A DNA stretch of 59,741 nt from a bacterium (GCA_049472335.1 JBLIRO010000026.1:1-59741); one strand, 5' to 3'; positions 38,390-49,837 are shown, counted from the stretch's first letter. Numbers and translations are program-made. Notes: generated by a model from the sequence alone, not told the origin.

Positions 38390-40723
38390 TTATCCTTCCA
38401 GTATCATCCAACCATCCTCTGTCGGCAAATCAATGACAAATGTGGTTTGCCTGCCTTCAAGACTTCTTACTTCTATGCTGCCTTTATGATCTGCTATTAC
38501 CCCATAGCTAACACTTAGACCCAGTCCGGTTCTTTTTTCATCCCTTTTTGTAGTAAAAAAGGGATCAGATATATTACCAATCTTGTCCTTTCCGATACCG
38601 GCGCCATTATCTGTAAAGAGAATTCTGAGATAAGGAATACCCTTCTTTTTTATCTTTTTGACTTCAATCTGGATGAGCTTGTTTCCATTTGCCTGTGTAT
38701 ACTTCTCATTAAGGGCATCCCTCGCATTGAGGATCAGATTTATAAAGACCTGTTCAAGTTGACTGTATTTGGCTCTAATTCTGGGTAAATTAGAATCATA
38801 GCATGTTTGGACCTTGATTTTGTTCATGATAAGGTAAGCATCCATAAAGGCAAGTGAGACATTTATTATATCTGGTATGTAACAGGGGCTAAAACCATTT
38901 TTCTCGACCCTGGCAAATGCCAATAAATTTTGAACAATATTGGTGATCCTCTCTCCTTCGTAGAGTATTCCTTGTACATAACTGGCAGGATCTGATTTGG
39001 GGTTTAATTCGGCCTTAATGAGATCTGCGTAATTAATTATAGCATTTACTGGATTCGCTATATCATGGGCCACACCTTCTGCAAGCACTCCCATGGAAGC
39101 TAATTTCGAAGACTGGATCATCTGTGCCTGAGTGGATTTGATATTTTTGTATGCCTGGCTCAGCTCATTAATAAGATTGTGTATTTCCCTCATATCTCTT
39201 GCAACATAAACCATGCCAAGGAGATTCCCGGCTTTGTCTTGCATCATGGAAACAGAGAGATTGACAGGGATTTCAACATTATCGCTGGTCCTATAAAAAG
39301 CATCGTAGTTTGTGAAACCTTCCCTTATAAGCATCTCCGTTTTAGGCCCTCTGATATTTGCGCCGTTCTTTGCAAAGATTTTCTCAACAGGTTGTCCCAC
39401 CAGATCCTCTTCCTTGTCATATTTAAGAAGCCTCAAAGCGGCCTGATTGACTGTGCGGATCGTATAATCAGTATTCACAACGACCAGGGTGTCGATCATG
39501 CTCTTTATAATGTTATTGATATATTCTTTGGCACGGATTAACTGCTCCTGATAAATTCTCAAAGATTCTGTCATCCGGTTGAAAGAATCAGCCAACTCCC
39601 CGATCTCATCGCTGGAATCAACCTGTGCTTTATGGTTCAGGTCGCCGGCAGAAACCTTCATTGTTGCCTTAAGAAGCTGTCGGACCGGTCCGGTGACATT
39701 GGAAGAGAAAAGAATTCCTCCGATCATACCCCCAATAACCAGCAAAAGGCTAGTGAGGATGGTAAAATGCATCAAAGCGGTTTTCATCTTATCTGCCATT
39801 TCTTTGGCCCTTTTTCCATCCTTTTTGTAATATTCCATTAGTGTATCTAAATCCGTGACTACTTGCTCAGCAATAAAGTCCATTTTTTTCATTTTCTCGA
39901 CGCCTTCATATCTAAGTGGATCTTCAATTGCTAAAATCTGGCTTGCCAGGCCTGCGACCATTTCAAAATTATTTTTTAAAGTATTGATGATCTCTTTCGA
40001 TGGACCCGTTTTTGAGAGCTTCAGAATTTGATCCATTTCAGAGGTAAGGTGAGCAAGAAGGATCCTGTAATTCTCCCGTTCAGCTTTGTTTCCCATTATC
40101 AAGTAATCATGAGGGGGCATGAGTAATCCCTGAAAGGAGATCATGAACTCATAAAGGGATTGAATAATCCTGGAATTTTTATCCTTTAATCCCATGTGTA
40201 TTAATTCCCTCAAAGCCTGTCTGATATGCTCTGAGTGCTCATCCATCTCTATCATCAATCTTCCTGCCTTAATCCCCAAAGGATCAGGAATATAAAGGAT
40301 CTCGTGAGCCAGACTCTCTATATTTATTATTCCCTGACTGGCAGATGTTAGATATCTTTCTCTCCCATCATCCCATTCATCTTTGTGTGTTTTGATCATT
40401 TCAGTAACATTAGAAAGGATTTGATCTATTTCTTTGAGATTGCTCTCAAATTTAAAGATTTCATTAGGATTGCTATATATAAGATAGTCATGGGGCGGCA
40501 TTATGAGCTTTTCAAAAGATAAGCGAAGGTTATGGATCATGCAATTATAGGATGAGGCATTCAGGATTATTTCACCATCATGTCCTATTCGCTGAACACT
40601 CCATAAAGACACAACACTCATTACAAGGACCAGGGTCAACATGATCATTGTGAAGGATATCAATTTCTTTCCTATGCCGAATTTCTTTTTTGTCGGAAAG
40701 AGTTTGGATAATAAAGACATCAT
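38390..40723 (-). CDS. membrane sensor histidine kinase (duplicated periplasmic helical domain, HAMP, PAS, HisKA, HATPase)
   Basis: Two TMs, MPPHDYLI twice, DEIGELADSFNRM, VAHDIANP, NLILNARDA, DNGAG, PFFTTK, GLGL. Confidence 0.95.
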   Translation of the reverse strand: MMSLLSKLFPTKKKFGIGKKLISFTMIMLTLVLVMSVVSLWSVQRIGHDGEIILNASSYNCMIHNLRLSFEKLIMPPHDYLIYSNPNEIFKFESNLKEIDQILSNVTEMIKTHKDEWDDGRERYLTSASQGIINIESLAHEILYIPDPLGIKAGRLMIEMDEHSEHIRQALRELIHMGLKDKNSRIIQSLYEFMISFQGLLMPPHDYLIMGNKAERENYRILLAHLTSEMDQILKLSKTGPSKEIINTLKNNFEMVAGLASQILAIEDPLRYEGVEKMKKMDFIAEQVVTDLDTLMEYYKKDGKRAKEMADKMKTALMHFTILTSLLLVIGGMIGGILFSSNVTGPVRQLLKATMKVSAGDLNHKAQVDSSDEIGELADSFNRMTESLRIYQEQLIRAKEYINNIIKSMIDTLVVVNTDYTIRTVNQAALRLLKYDKEEDLVGQPVEKIFAKNGANIRGPKTEMLIREGFTNYDAFYRTSDNVEIPVNLSVSMMQDKAGNLLGMVYVARDMREIHNLINELSQAYKNIKSTQAQMIQSSKLASMGVLAEGVAHDIANPVNAIINYADLIKAELNPKSDPASYVQGILYEGERITNIVQNLLAFARVEKNGFSPCYIPDIINVSLAFMDAYLIMNKIKVQTCYDSNLPRIRAKYSQLEQVFINLILNARDALNEKYTQANGNKLIQIEVKKIKKKGIPYLRILFTDNGAGIGKDKIGNISDPFFTTKRDEKRTGLGLSVSYGVIADHKGSIEVRSLEGRQTTFVIDLPTEDGWMILEG

Positions 40724-40903
40724 TAACCTTACACAATAACAAATAGTAACTTAAATAGGGAATCTTTGTTCCTGACTCAAATCGCAAATCGAAACATTTC
40801 GAAAAATAAAAGGAGAAATTATTACCCGATACATTTTGAACTTCAGCTATAAGTATTCTAGGTATCAGGAGCTACAACATTTACAGTATTAAAAAAGATT
40901 TTG

Positions 40904-40920
40904 AGCAATTTTTGTGCCTT
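40904..40920 (-). promoter_or_regulatory. putative sigma54 -24/-12 promoter of the kinase operon
   Basis: Minus strand AGGCAC-AAAAA-TTGCT. Confidence 0.6.
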
Positions 40921-41516
40921 TCCAGTGAATTCTTTGTGTTCAATATGTTTTCTGGGTTATATCAGGAGCAAACCATAAAAATAATACATCTTATCATAAA
41001 ATATATGCCATAAAATATATACTATATAATATATACATATTAATTATTAGGTTTTATTTTCGATTAATATTAAAGTTTTGGCTGTTTAAAAGTGCCAATG
41101 CCCCCCTTCAATGATTTTTTACGATTTTGTCGATATTTAAATGTATACATAAATATTAGATTTCAATCTGATATTTCATAAAAAATGGATCTTAAATAAC
41201 ATCAAACTTTAAATTCCATGTTGATATTGAACCAGGAAGTTTGTGAAGGAAGAACTCTTGAACCAATGAACCAATATAATTTTCAATTTTAATCCAATGA
41301 AATCCTATACCTTAGATCCCTGAAATTTTTTGTAAAGAAAACTGATTTTGCCAACAATTCAGCTAGAGGATCATAAGAGGAGATATCCTTTATTAAATAA
41401 AAGGATTAACTTTATTCATAGAAAGGATGTGATCTAATAAAAATAAAGGCTCAATTTCATTGTTTAAATTCGTTTTTTAGGATGAATCATTAAGAAACAG
41501 GGGGGGATATATTGAA

Positions 41517-44500
41517 ATGAATAGTAAGAAAAGGTTATGGTCTAAGCTTTTTAGAGTTAGTACAGTGAGCGTATTAGTGATATTTTCTCTTTTTTTATTA
41601 TGTTCTTGTGGTGGTAATGGTGATAGTGGGGGTACTTCTTATACCCCTCAGAACGAAACACTTTCCGGGACAGTAGCAACCGGAGAAGCATTAGACAATG
41701 CCTTAGTCATGTTCAGGGACAAAGACGGAAATATCAATGAAGATCTGATCTTTACTGACGCTAATGGTAAATATACAAATATTGATCTCACAGACATGGG
41801 ACTCACCCTTCCTGTTTTGATAAGGGTCCATGATCCAGTCAGAGGCTGGATGTATAGCTATGCCTCCAGTTCCGGAACGGCCAATGTTCATCCCCTCACG
41901 GATCCGATTATCAAGGCATGGTATAGAATAAATCATCCTGATATAGACATCGATGAATACTTTCCCGATGAATCAAAAGTCCTTCCATTGCCTGATCCTG
42001 AGGATATCAGATTGATAAAGGCCGTTGTTATGGATGTGTTGGAAAACCTATTTGTCGCAGTAGGTCTTAAAGACCCGGACGGCACGCTGGATTTCGATCC
42101 TATGGAAGATCCCTTTGATGCGGATGGAACCGGATTTGATAAGATCCTCGATGATACAGAAATTGACATGAGTGATGAAACGGGTAACCTTAATATAGTT
42201 GTGCAAGAGGGCTCGGAACTCGAAAATGAGGTGGAAGATAAAGGTGGCTCATCGAACATAACGCTCGATACGGATAAAATCAAAGAAGCTGATGTAACAC
42301 CTCCCGGAAAGCCGGATGCTCCTTCGGCCCTCCGGGTAAGTGATAAGCAGATCCTCGTTACATGGATTCTAACGGACCCGAATGACGAGGCATATTATAA
42401 TGTATATCGAAATGATAAAAAGGTAGGGACAGTCACCTCAACAGTTTACATTGATTGTGTCGATCCAAATATCTCCATGACCTATGCTTATAGGATTTCC
42501 GCGTGTGACGCATCACAAAACTGCTCAGAATTGAGTGATCCATCTGACGGGATAACTGTTACTGCTTATACGGCTTTACCCTTCGACACTGATCCCCCGG
42601 TTCCGGGAACGCTTTCTGCGGAAGCTACCGGTTTTGATGAGATTAAGCTCACCTGGACCGGTTTTTCAGATGATACAGGCATTGCGGGCTACAAGGTATA
42701 TTCCTGCAGTGACGGATCATGCGCAACCTCTGCTTTAAAGGCAAAGGTTTCCGGCCCGCCGTTTATCCATTCCGGCCGTTCAGCCAACACAACCTATTAT
42801 TATAGAGTAACCGCTGTAGATGGAGCCGGGAATGAATCCACACCCACAGATGTGGCCAGTGCTACAACACCTGATGTTCCTTCAAACATAATAATAGATT
42901 TTACACCGCCTTCTGTCCCGGCAGAATTCGATGCGAATGCCAGTACCTGTAATCAAATAAACCTGACCTGGACAGCGCCTGAATATGACGATTTGGCCGG
43001 TTATTATATCTATAAAAACGGTGTTAAACTGGTTTGGCTCAAAAGTGAAGTGATAAGTTATAGTGATAACAACCTGACAGCCGAAACCGAATACACTTAC
43101 TGGATAAGGGCATTTGACTTCAAGGCGAACATGTCGGATATAGCAATCGCAAGCGCCACAACCCCTGAGTGTCCGGATATCACTCCGCCTTCTGTCCCCA
43201 CGGGTGTAACAGCAACCGCTGACGATGAAAACCAGATCACAGTATCCTGGTCTGTATCAATAGATGATGATAGCGGAGTTGCAGGGTATAACGTGTTTCG
43301 TGACGGAGATAAAATAAGGGAGGAAACCACTGAAACAAGCCTTATTGACTCGGAACTTGATTCGGAGACACAATACTGCTATCAGGTATCCGCACTTGAT
43401 ATTGCTGGCAATGAGTCCGATAAAAGCGCCTCGGTATGCGCAACGACTCCGGCAGGCCCGCCTCCCGATGTGTCCGCGCTTATTAACGATGCAATGGGGC
43501 TTCTTGAACAACAGGATATACCAGGGGCGAATGCCAAATTCAAACAGGCCTATGTGATTGATCCGAATAACAAGGATGCCAATTTCGGTAAGGCAATGAC
43601 CGATATGATTATGATCCTTGAAGATCCTAATATCGTAAGCCTTTTTGAGACCTATGGAACCTATAAGCCGACCATTGAAAATATAGTTTATGGGATTTTG
43701 AACAGTACCTATGAGGTCTGGGGAGGGAATAACCCATTATGCGGGGAAGATTCCCTTGAACCGGGTTCTAACGGTTACACAAAACTCAGTGATGCAAATA
43801 CTCCTGAAACGATTTTTACCGGCTATGATTACTACATAATCCATGCCACGCCGTACAGCGAAATTGATTTAACCATATCAGGCAGTAACACTGATTATCA
43901 ATGTAGTTACGGAGAGTGGACATATATAGGATCACCCGATCCGAATACCGTAATATTGACGTTAGGGGGTGAAAATTTTTCCGGGACCTCGATAACCATT
44001 ACCGCACCAAACGGTATGACCCTGACGGCACCGGAGGCAACCCAGCAGAAAGCCCTCATGAAAAGACTGCGTAGCAATAGCGGTTCACCAGGGGTTGAAG
44101 GCGATCGCGAACTGCCCTTTGTTAATGAGGTTAAATCATTATTTAACAAGCTCCCCAAGAACAAGAGATCCCTCCGTACAAGGATGAAGGTCCTAGCCAG
44201 GGGGCTGATTGAAGAGCCGCCATCCCCTGTTGATGCCCAGTCATTGATAGATTCAACAATCCTGCCCTGGATCAATTGTATGATAGCCAATCTGCGTAAG
44301 GTGGAAGGGAAAGGATATGAGTTCACCATAACACCGGCCATGACAGGCGGAGCGGAAACGGAGAACATTATCCTTGATGACGGGGAGTTTTGCGCCCTTG
44401 ACGCAATATTGTGCGGAATCAGGTGTGTGCTGGACATAGTGACAGCGTATGATTTTAATATCGAGCTTGATAAGATTGACTATGATCCGCTCAGCCAGCT

Positions 44501-45953
44501 CAACAAGCCAACATTTTTCACACTAAAAACCGGCGGTGCCGCAAAGATGGCGGATGCCCTTACAGCACTGCGTGATGTGGCAGAGAAGGCCGAGAGCGCC
44601 TATGACTTTATCTTTAATGAGTGGGGATACACTGAAATCAGCTTCAATGACGGTTTTGAAACATGCCAGGTTTTAGCCCCGCAAAAGGATCCCAATGATA
44701 ATGGCATTCAATTTCATGATTATGATGCAATGAGACCCTGCTATCGGGGCGGGCCCTATGATTTTATACCCGATGATGATTCGGATATCAACATGATCTT
44801 TGATGCCGCCAAATTGGTTTTGGCCGGTCAGGTGGCATTTACGGAGGAGATTGCAGGCGGCATATATAAAGAATATATTACAGACGGAGAGACAACTGTA
44901 ATACTATGGGCTGAATCGACAGATGAGCCAGATGGTGTGGAATTTACAATTAACGCAGACGCAACCAGATTCTTTACCAATCCGCTTGACAGGACTGACC
45001 TGCCTGCGCTCGGCTATGATGTGCCCATTAATGTCACCCTGTCAGAATCAGCCGATAAACCGGTAAATTCAAGAGTAAGCTCAGGTCAGGACGGCATTCC
45101 CGGGACAGATGATGACGAATATGTCTATTGTGACTTTAGGCCGACAAGCGCGTTCCCGGACCCGACTTTAAACGGGATATTGCCGAATGGCTTTCCGGAT
45201 TGGGACGGGTGGATTTACCTCGATAATTCAAAGACATTGATCATGCCCAATGACATTATGTGGGGATGGAAATGGTCCGAGGACATAGAGGTGCAGCCAG
45301 ATGGTAATTTTTCGATTCTAAGGAACAGTTACGATTCCGGTGGGGTCAGAATTTTTACCGTAAATCCGGCAGACGGGTCGATCCTGGAGACGAAAGAGGT
45401 AATTCCAACGTACGATCCAAACACTGTTGAATTTATTAGTTGTCATACGTTCCATTCCAGTGAACATTGGGTATCCGGCGGATACAGAGACCCCGAAGAC
45501 AATTGGCGTTCAGGTGTGTTTGTTTTAAGCATTAACGGCACCCAGGGTCAGGTCTCCAATACTATACCCTTAAACTTCTCAAATGATTGGAATCCGCAAA
45601 TTGGTGATTTGTCCAGTGACGGCACAAACCTCTACCTGGGAATAGCATATTGGGATCTCAGCAATGAAAGAAGGGCGGGGGTTGTTAAATTTAATCCTTC
45701 GGAGACAACCGAGATCAATTATGAAACACCCTTTCTCCTTGATTTAAGCGACCATGAATTCTGGCCGCCGTATAAATTGAGTCATGGCGGAGGATTCCTC
45801 TGGGTTGGAAGTGATGGACTGTTGAAGGTGAATCCTTCAACGGGTGCGATAATCGGAGATTATGAAGGAGAGGAAAGCGCTGCCACTTTGTATTACAACG
45901 GCAATCTCCTGGCAATGGAAGATCAGAAGCTCCTTTTCTTTGTGGCTCCATGA
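41517..45953 (+). CDS. large surface lipoprotein with four fibronectin type III domains
   Basis: Lipobox LCS-C-GGNG; four 'D.TPP..P...W....D..GY.VY...Y.Y.V.A.D.AGN.S' units; propeller-like C-terminus. Confidence 0.9.
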   Translation: MNSKKRLWSKLFRVSTVSVLVIFSLFLLCSCGGNGDSGGTSYTPQNETLSGTVATGEALDNALVMFRDKDGNINEDLIFTDANGKYTNIDLTDMGLTLPVLIRVHDPVRGWMYSYASSSGTANVHPLTDPIIKAWYRINHPDIDIDEYFPDESKVLPLPDPEDIRLIKAVVMDVLENLFVAVGLKDPDGTLDFDPMEDPFDADGTGFDKILDDTEIDMSDETGNLNIVVQEGSELENEVEDKGGSSNITLDTDKIKEADVTPPGKPDAPSALRVSDKQILVTWILTDPNDEAYYNVYRNDKKVGTVTSTVYIDCVDPNISMTYAYRISACDASQNCSELSDPSDGITVTAYTALPFDTDPPVPGTLSAEATGFDEIKLTWTGFSDDTGIAGYKVYSCSDGSCATSALKAKVSGPPFIHSGRSANTTYYYRVTAVDGAGNESTPTDVASATTPDVPSNIIIDFTPPSVPAEFDANASTCNQINLTWTAPEYDDLAGYYIYKNGVKLVWLKSEVISYSDNNLTAETEYTYWIRAFDFKANMSDIAIASATTPECPDITPPSVPTGVTATADDENQITVSWSVSIDDDSGVAGYNVFRDGDKIREETTETSLIDSELDSETQYCYQVSALDIAGNESDKSASVCATTPAGPPPDVSALINDAMGLLEQQDIPGANAKFKQAYVIDPNNKDANFGKAMTDMIMILEDPNIVSLFETYGTYKPTIENIVYGILNSTYEVWGGNNPLCGEDSLEPGSNGYTKLSDANTPETIFTGYDYYIIHATPYSEIDLTISGSNTDYQCSYGEWTYIGSPDPNTVILTLGGENFSGTSITITAPNGMTLTAPEATQQKALMKRLRSNSGSPGVEGDRELPFVNEVKSLFNKLPKNKRSLRTRMKVLARGLIEEPPSPVDAQSLIDSTILPWINCMIANLRKVEGKGYEFTITPAMTGGAETENIILDDGEFCALDAILCGIRCVLDIVTAYDFNIELDKIDYDPLSQLNKPTFFTLKTGGAAKMADALTALRDVAEKAESAYDFIFNEWGYTEISFNDGFETCQVLAPQKDPNDNGIQFHDYDAMRPCYRGGPYDFIPDDDSDINMIFDAAKLVLAGQVAFTEEIAGGIYKEYITDGETTVILWAESTDEPDGVEFTINADATRFFTNPLDRTDLPALGYDVPINVTLSESADKPVNSRVSSGQDGIPGTDDDEYVYCDFRPTSAFPDPTLNGILPNGFPDWDGWIYLDNSKTLIMPNDIMWGWKWSEDIEVQPDGNFSILRNSYDSGGVRIFTVNPADGSILETKEVIPTYDPNTVEFISCHTFHSSEHWVSGGYRDPEDNWRSGVFVLSINGTQGQVSNTIPLNFSNDWNPQIGDLSSDGTNLYLGIAYWDLSNERRAGVVKFNPSETTEINYETPFLLDLSDHEFWPPYKLSHGGGFLWVGSDGLLKVNPSTGAIIGDYEGEESAATLYYNGNLLAMEDQKLLFFVAP

Positions 45954-46006
45954 TCTTAGTTGAAAAGTAATCGGATGGTATAAACCCATTCCGCATTCCA
46001 TAATAC

Positions 46007-46038
46007 AAAAAAGGGCGGCCTTCGGGCCGCCTTTTTTT
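46007..46038. terminator. bidirectional intrinsic terminator
   Basis: A6-G-GGCGGCC-TTCG-GGCCGCC followed by a T run, between convergent genes. Confidence 0.9.
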
Positions 46039-47559
46039 TCAGAAGTAAAACCTGGCCTCCAGGGTATGAAGCGTGCCTCCCGGATTATCCTTTATTTTAT
46101 CCCAGGCCTCTTTGATATCATTCCAACTGATTCTATACCACTTCTCTTCTTCACCCTCTTTATGTTCATCATAAATAATATCCTCATCCTCCCTTTTTTT
46201 AGAAGACAGGAGGATATATTGCCCTAAGCCGTAACTGAATTCCAGGTTTTTAACGCGATAGCTTAAACCCAGGGCAAGAATTCCAAGGGTAATCTTGTAG
46301 TAAGAGAATTCTCTGATTTGTTCATCAAGCCTTCCGATGCCAATAAAGGGGAAGGGTGTCCAGTTATCCAGGACACCTGTTGGTTTAATCTCAATATACT
46401 GAAGACCGGTCCGCATGGTCAGCCTCTTAGTCCATCTGCTTTCCATACCAAAATGATATTGTCTGGATTCCAACTCCACGTTGTAATTAAAATACCTTTT
46501 TCCTGCCAGCAGGTTTTCCCAAAAACTCAAGACAGCATCAGATTCCACAATTCCCGCGCCATCAGACCTGAAATGGAACTTCTTGAAATCAAAGTGATAC
46601 GTTGTCCTTTCATTCCGTCTGAATGTAAGCCCTGCGATCCATTGACCATATTCAGCCCTGCCGTTGTTGTGCCCGCTATCAGAACCATTTACAAAGATGT
46701 CTTGATGATAATTGAAATTGCCGTATTGACGAAGATATTTGAGACAAAACCGTTTCGAGATATCGCACGATAATTGAAATGTTTTGCGGTCTAGGTGTTT
46801 TGCGTCAATAACAAAAGAAGTCTTCAGCAATTTATGGAAATATATTTTCATGGTAAATTCAAGAACATCCTCGGAATAGGTGGATAGAACATGCCCGTAA
46901 ATATCATCCTCTTCGATGGTCAGATCCAGGTCGAATTTTCTTGTAAAATCCCTGATGCTGACACTGAAAAAAGGGTATGCCCTAAATTCCGCTTCCCAGA
47001 AAAAGTTCCTGTCTTCTTTGTAATCTTCTATCCCTCCTCCCAATGAAAAAATATCACCTGCCTGAACGGCAAATGTAATCAATTTATTTCTTGCCGTTTT
47101 ATTATAATCCAGATATAAATTATCCCTCGTATAATAAGCATGACCGCTTGCATTGTCATGACTGTACTGAAAACCAACAGCAGTCTTCTTAACTGATCCG
47201 TCAAGTGACCAGTTTATGACCCCCGTCAATTTATTTTCTTCTGACTTGATATGGGTGTTTTCCCATTTACCGTCCCTATCCTTAAATACATTTTCGCGCA
47301 CAAGGATATATGAAATATAGCTTTTTTCTACAAAGACCAGTTTCGCCGGATGATAAAGATCCGTATCTTCATTTTCGAAACACAGATCGAACCCGCCCAT
47401 AGCAAGGGTCTTGGGCCTGTCAGACAGGAAAAGCCTCAGGATATCCAGGTCCATCTCATAGGGAAAAGAGGTGCGGGATCTGGAAAGAAACAGAAAGACA
47501 ATAAGAAATATCCATAAGACTATAAGCTTCCGCGGGAGAGCAAATGAGATTATATCCAT
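46039..47559 (-). CDS. outer-membrane beta-barrel protein (FadL/PorV-like N-terminus)
   Basis: Signal peptide; 'PKTLAMGG...YHPAKL'; C-terminal 'LEARFYF'. Confidence 0.65.
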   Translation of the reverse strand: MDIISFALPRKLIVLWIFLIVFLFLSRSRTSFPYEMDLDILRLFLSDRPKTLAMGGFDLCFENEDTDLYHPAKLVFVEKSYISYILVRENVFKDRDGKWENTHIKSEENKLTGVINWSLDGSVKKTAVGFQYSHDNASGHAYYTRDNLYLDYNKTARNKLITFAVQAGDIFSLGGGIEDYKEDRNFFWEAEFRAYPFFSVSIRDFTRKFDLDLTIEEDDIYGHVLSTYSEDVLEFTMKIYFHKLLKTSFVIDAKHLDRKTFQLSCDISKRFCLKYLRQYGNFNYHQDIFVNGSDSGHNNGRAEYGQWIAGLTFRRNERTTYHFDFKKFHFRSDGAGIVESDAVLSFWENLLAGKRYFNYNVELESRQYHFGMESRWTKRLTMRTGLQYIEIKPTGVLDNWTPFPFIGIGRLDEQIREFSYYKITLGILALGLSYRVKNLEFSYGLGQYILLSSKKREDEDIIYDEHKEGEEEKWYRISWNDIKEAWDKIKDNPGGTLHTLEARFYF

Positions 47560-47629
47560 TTTATAGCCGAAATCCTTTGAGCCTCATAGTTGTCTTTATG
47601 AGTAGTAAAATGGTCTTTAACAATCATTG

Positions 47630-49837
47630 TTAAAATATAAGGTTCAGATCTATCCTGACCATATCCTCATCAATGTGTTTGATGTAACCTAATCTGGCCT
47701 TCCAGCATGTCTGCTTATAAAAGACCGAGTATTTCTTCTCGATTATCCTGTCTTTGGCTTCAAAGTCATATATGAATGACGTGCCGAACTGATATCCCTT
47801 CCAGGGAGGGGTTGTAATAAACAACCGGGCTGTATTGAGCTTTTCATTATAAGCGTATGGATTGGTTCTTTCATCAGAGTCTTCATTGATTTTATACCGG
47901 AGATGTCTCCAGCCCATGGATATTTTTCCTTTGTCACTATTCCCCAGACTGAAGTCCACATCTATATCCCTTCCGTGGCTTCTCTCCGTAAAAAAGATTC
48001 CTCTTCCGTTGAACCGGACAAGAGGGTAGGGGACTGTATCGATCCTTATCTCAAAAGCCTGCCTGTCATTTTTCATATAATCATTTTTCATATATAGGTT
48101 TTGGGAAATGATCAGATCCATTGCAGGCTGATCAGGTATCGCAGATGAGAGATTTTTCCCCCAGATCCTGGTGATAATTAAAAAACGGATGTTTCTCATT
48201 TCACTGGTATCACCTTCAAGATCCATAATCGAGGCAGGCCGGATTCCGTTACGTCTTTTATATTCATAGGATACCTGGGGATACATAAAATGTCTTACGC
48301 CTTTGTAAGTTTCCGTTTTTGTGGACGGGTTTTCGTTATGACCTTTATCCGTTTTCATATAATCCTTATATATACGCGGACCTGTCAATATTAAATTAGC
48401 CATATACGCGTGGGACCAACCCTCTTTGTCCTCTTCTTCAGATTGCGCTGTCTGATAATAGGTCTGTCTGGTTGAAAAAAGGGTATTCAGGGTCATCCAG
48501 TGATTGCCAGGCACCTGAAGGCTTAATCCCGGCTCAATAATAAAGCTTTCGCCGGATTCGCTGCCTTCAGGGTTGCCTTCCGGCAGGTCCCAATCCATGT
48601 GAAGAGCGGAAAGCCGGAGACCAAAAAGAGGTGAATATCCGGTTTTTGCAGTCTTTAATAAAGGGGTGGGCTGGAGATGAGAGACTATCCTTGGCAACAG
48701 GTGTACATCTGACTTATTATTCGGATCCATAAGGGACCTTCTGTGTTCCCACTCGCCCATGATACCAAAAACAGACCTTTGCAGAGTTACATATGCCCTT
48801 GACTCCCCGATTCTGAGATCTCTCAGGGCAAGATCGGATGAAAATCTCCGGTCAAAATCCCTTTCCGTGGCATAATGAACATCGATGACGCCTCTTTTTT
48901 GGTCGGAGCCGCCTATGTCTGCGGTCAGGTCCGCCTTCCCGTGGATCTTTTCAGGACTGTCCTCGCGCAGAAGATAGAATTTTGCCTCTGATCCCTGGCT
49001 GTCAGTTTCAGGGGTATGTTTCCATCCTGCGCCGAGTCCGATCCCTGTTTTTGTAAAAAAATCAAGAAAAAGACGGCCCTCGGTATGCCGGGTAAAAGGC
49101 CATGTGAAAAGGTTTTTGAGGAAATAGCCGTGTCTGCTTGAATGCCCTGCTTCAGGCGGCTGCATGCCTGTGCTTCCCTGCCTCCATATGGGTACATATG
49201 CCGCCGGAAGATAAAAGACCGGCACCCCCTTTATTCTCATAGATAACCTGCGGATTTTCATGGAATTATCAAGCCTGAGTATCCCTTTGCTTCCTCTTAT
49301 CTCCCAGGGAGGATTTTCCCCTGGACATGAAGTGAATCTGGGCCTTATCATATTTATTGTATTCGGGTCCGTTTTCTCAGCCTCCTCGAAACGGATGAGG
49401 CCTGATGGTTCAATCTGCATGTCCGCTGCCTGTATTCTCCACCAACCAGTATTAATATTGAATTCAGCTACATCCGTATCCATTCGGTATCCCTGAGGCA
49501 AAAAAATCCGGATATCTCCCTGTGCCACCCCTTCCCCTGAGGCAAGATCCAATTCCATCTTATCCGCATAGAGCCGGAACCCTTCCTCTGTCAATGTGAC
49601 ATCTCCCCGGACAAAGACCTTCCGGGTCGGAATATGGTATTCGAGTCTCTCGCTGGTCAGGTGAACTGTGTTTTCAGCAGCTATAATAGTAAAAGGAAAG
49701 AACAGGATAAAAATCATAACACAAGGGAGACAGATGGAGATTTTTGAAAAAACACTGATGGAGTTAAATATAAATGTGAAAATATCTTTTTGGGGTCCGT
49801 TTTTTACTGTTTTCGAATTGTCTGCATCTATAGGCAT
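47630..49837 (-). CDS. lptD: LPS-assembly protein LptD
   Basis: OstA-like N-domain, FTSCP..PPW, IKGVPVFYLP, TGMQPP..GHSSRHG, C-terminal TCW; follows folC. Confidence 0.8.
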   Translation of the reverse strand: MPIDADNSKTVKNGPQKDIFTFIFNSISVFSKISICLPCVMIFILFFPFTIIAAENTVHLTSERLEYHIPTRKVFVRGDVTLTEEGFRLYADKMELDLASGEGVAQGDIRIFLPQGYRMDTDVAEFNINTGWWRIQAADMQIEPSGLIRFEEAEKTDPNTINMIRPRFTSCPGENPPWEIRGSKGILRLDNSMKIRRLSMRIKGVPVFYLPAAYVPIWRQGSTGMQPPEAGHSSRHGYFLKNLFTWPFTRHTEGRLFLDFFTKTGIGLGAGWKHTPETDSQGSEAKFYLLREDSPEKIHGKADLTADIGGSDQKRGVIDVHYATERDFDRRFSSDLALRDLRIGESRAYVTLQRSVFGIMGEWEHRRSLMDPNNKSDVHLLPRIVSHLQPTPLLKTAKTGYSPLFGLRLSALHMDWDLPEGNPEGSESGESFIIEPGLSLQVPGNHWMTLNTLFSTRQTYYQTAQSEEEDKEGWSHAYMANLILTGPRIYKDYMKTDKGHNENPSTKTETYKGVRHFMYPQVSYEYKRRNGIRPASIMDLEGDTSEMRNIRFLIITRIWGKNLSSAIPDQPAMDLIISQNLYMKNDYMKNDRQAFEIRIDTVPYPLVRFNGRGIFFTERSHGRDIDVDFSLGNSDKGKISMGWRHLRYKINEDSDERTNPYAYNEKLNTARLFITTPPWKGYQFGTSFIYDFEAKDRIIEKKYSVFYKQTCWKARLGYIKHIDEDMVRIDLNLIF

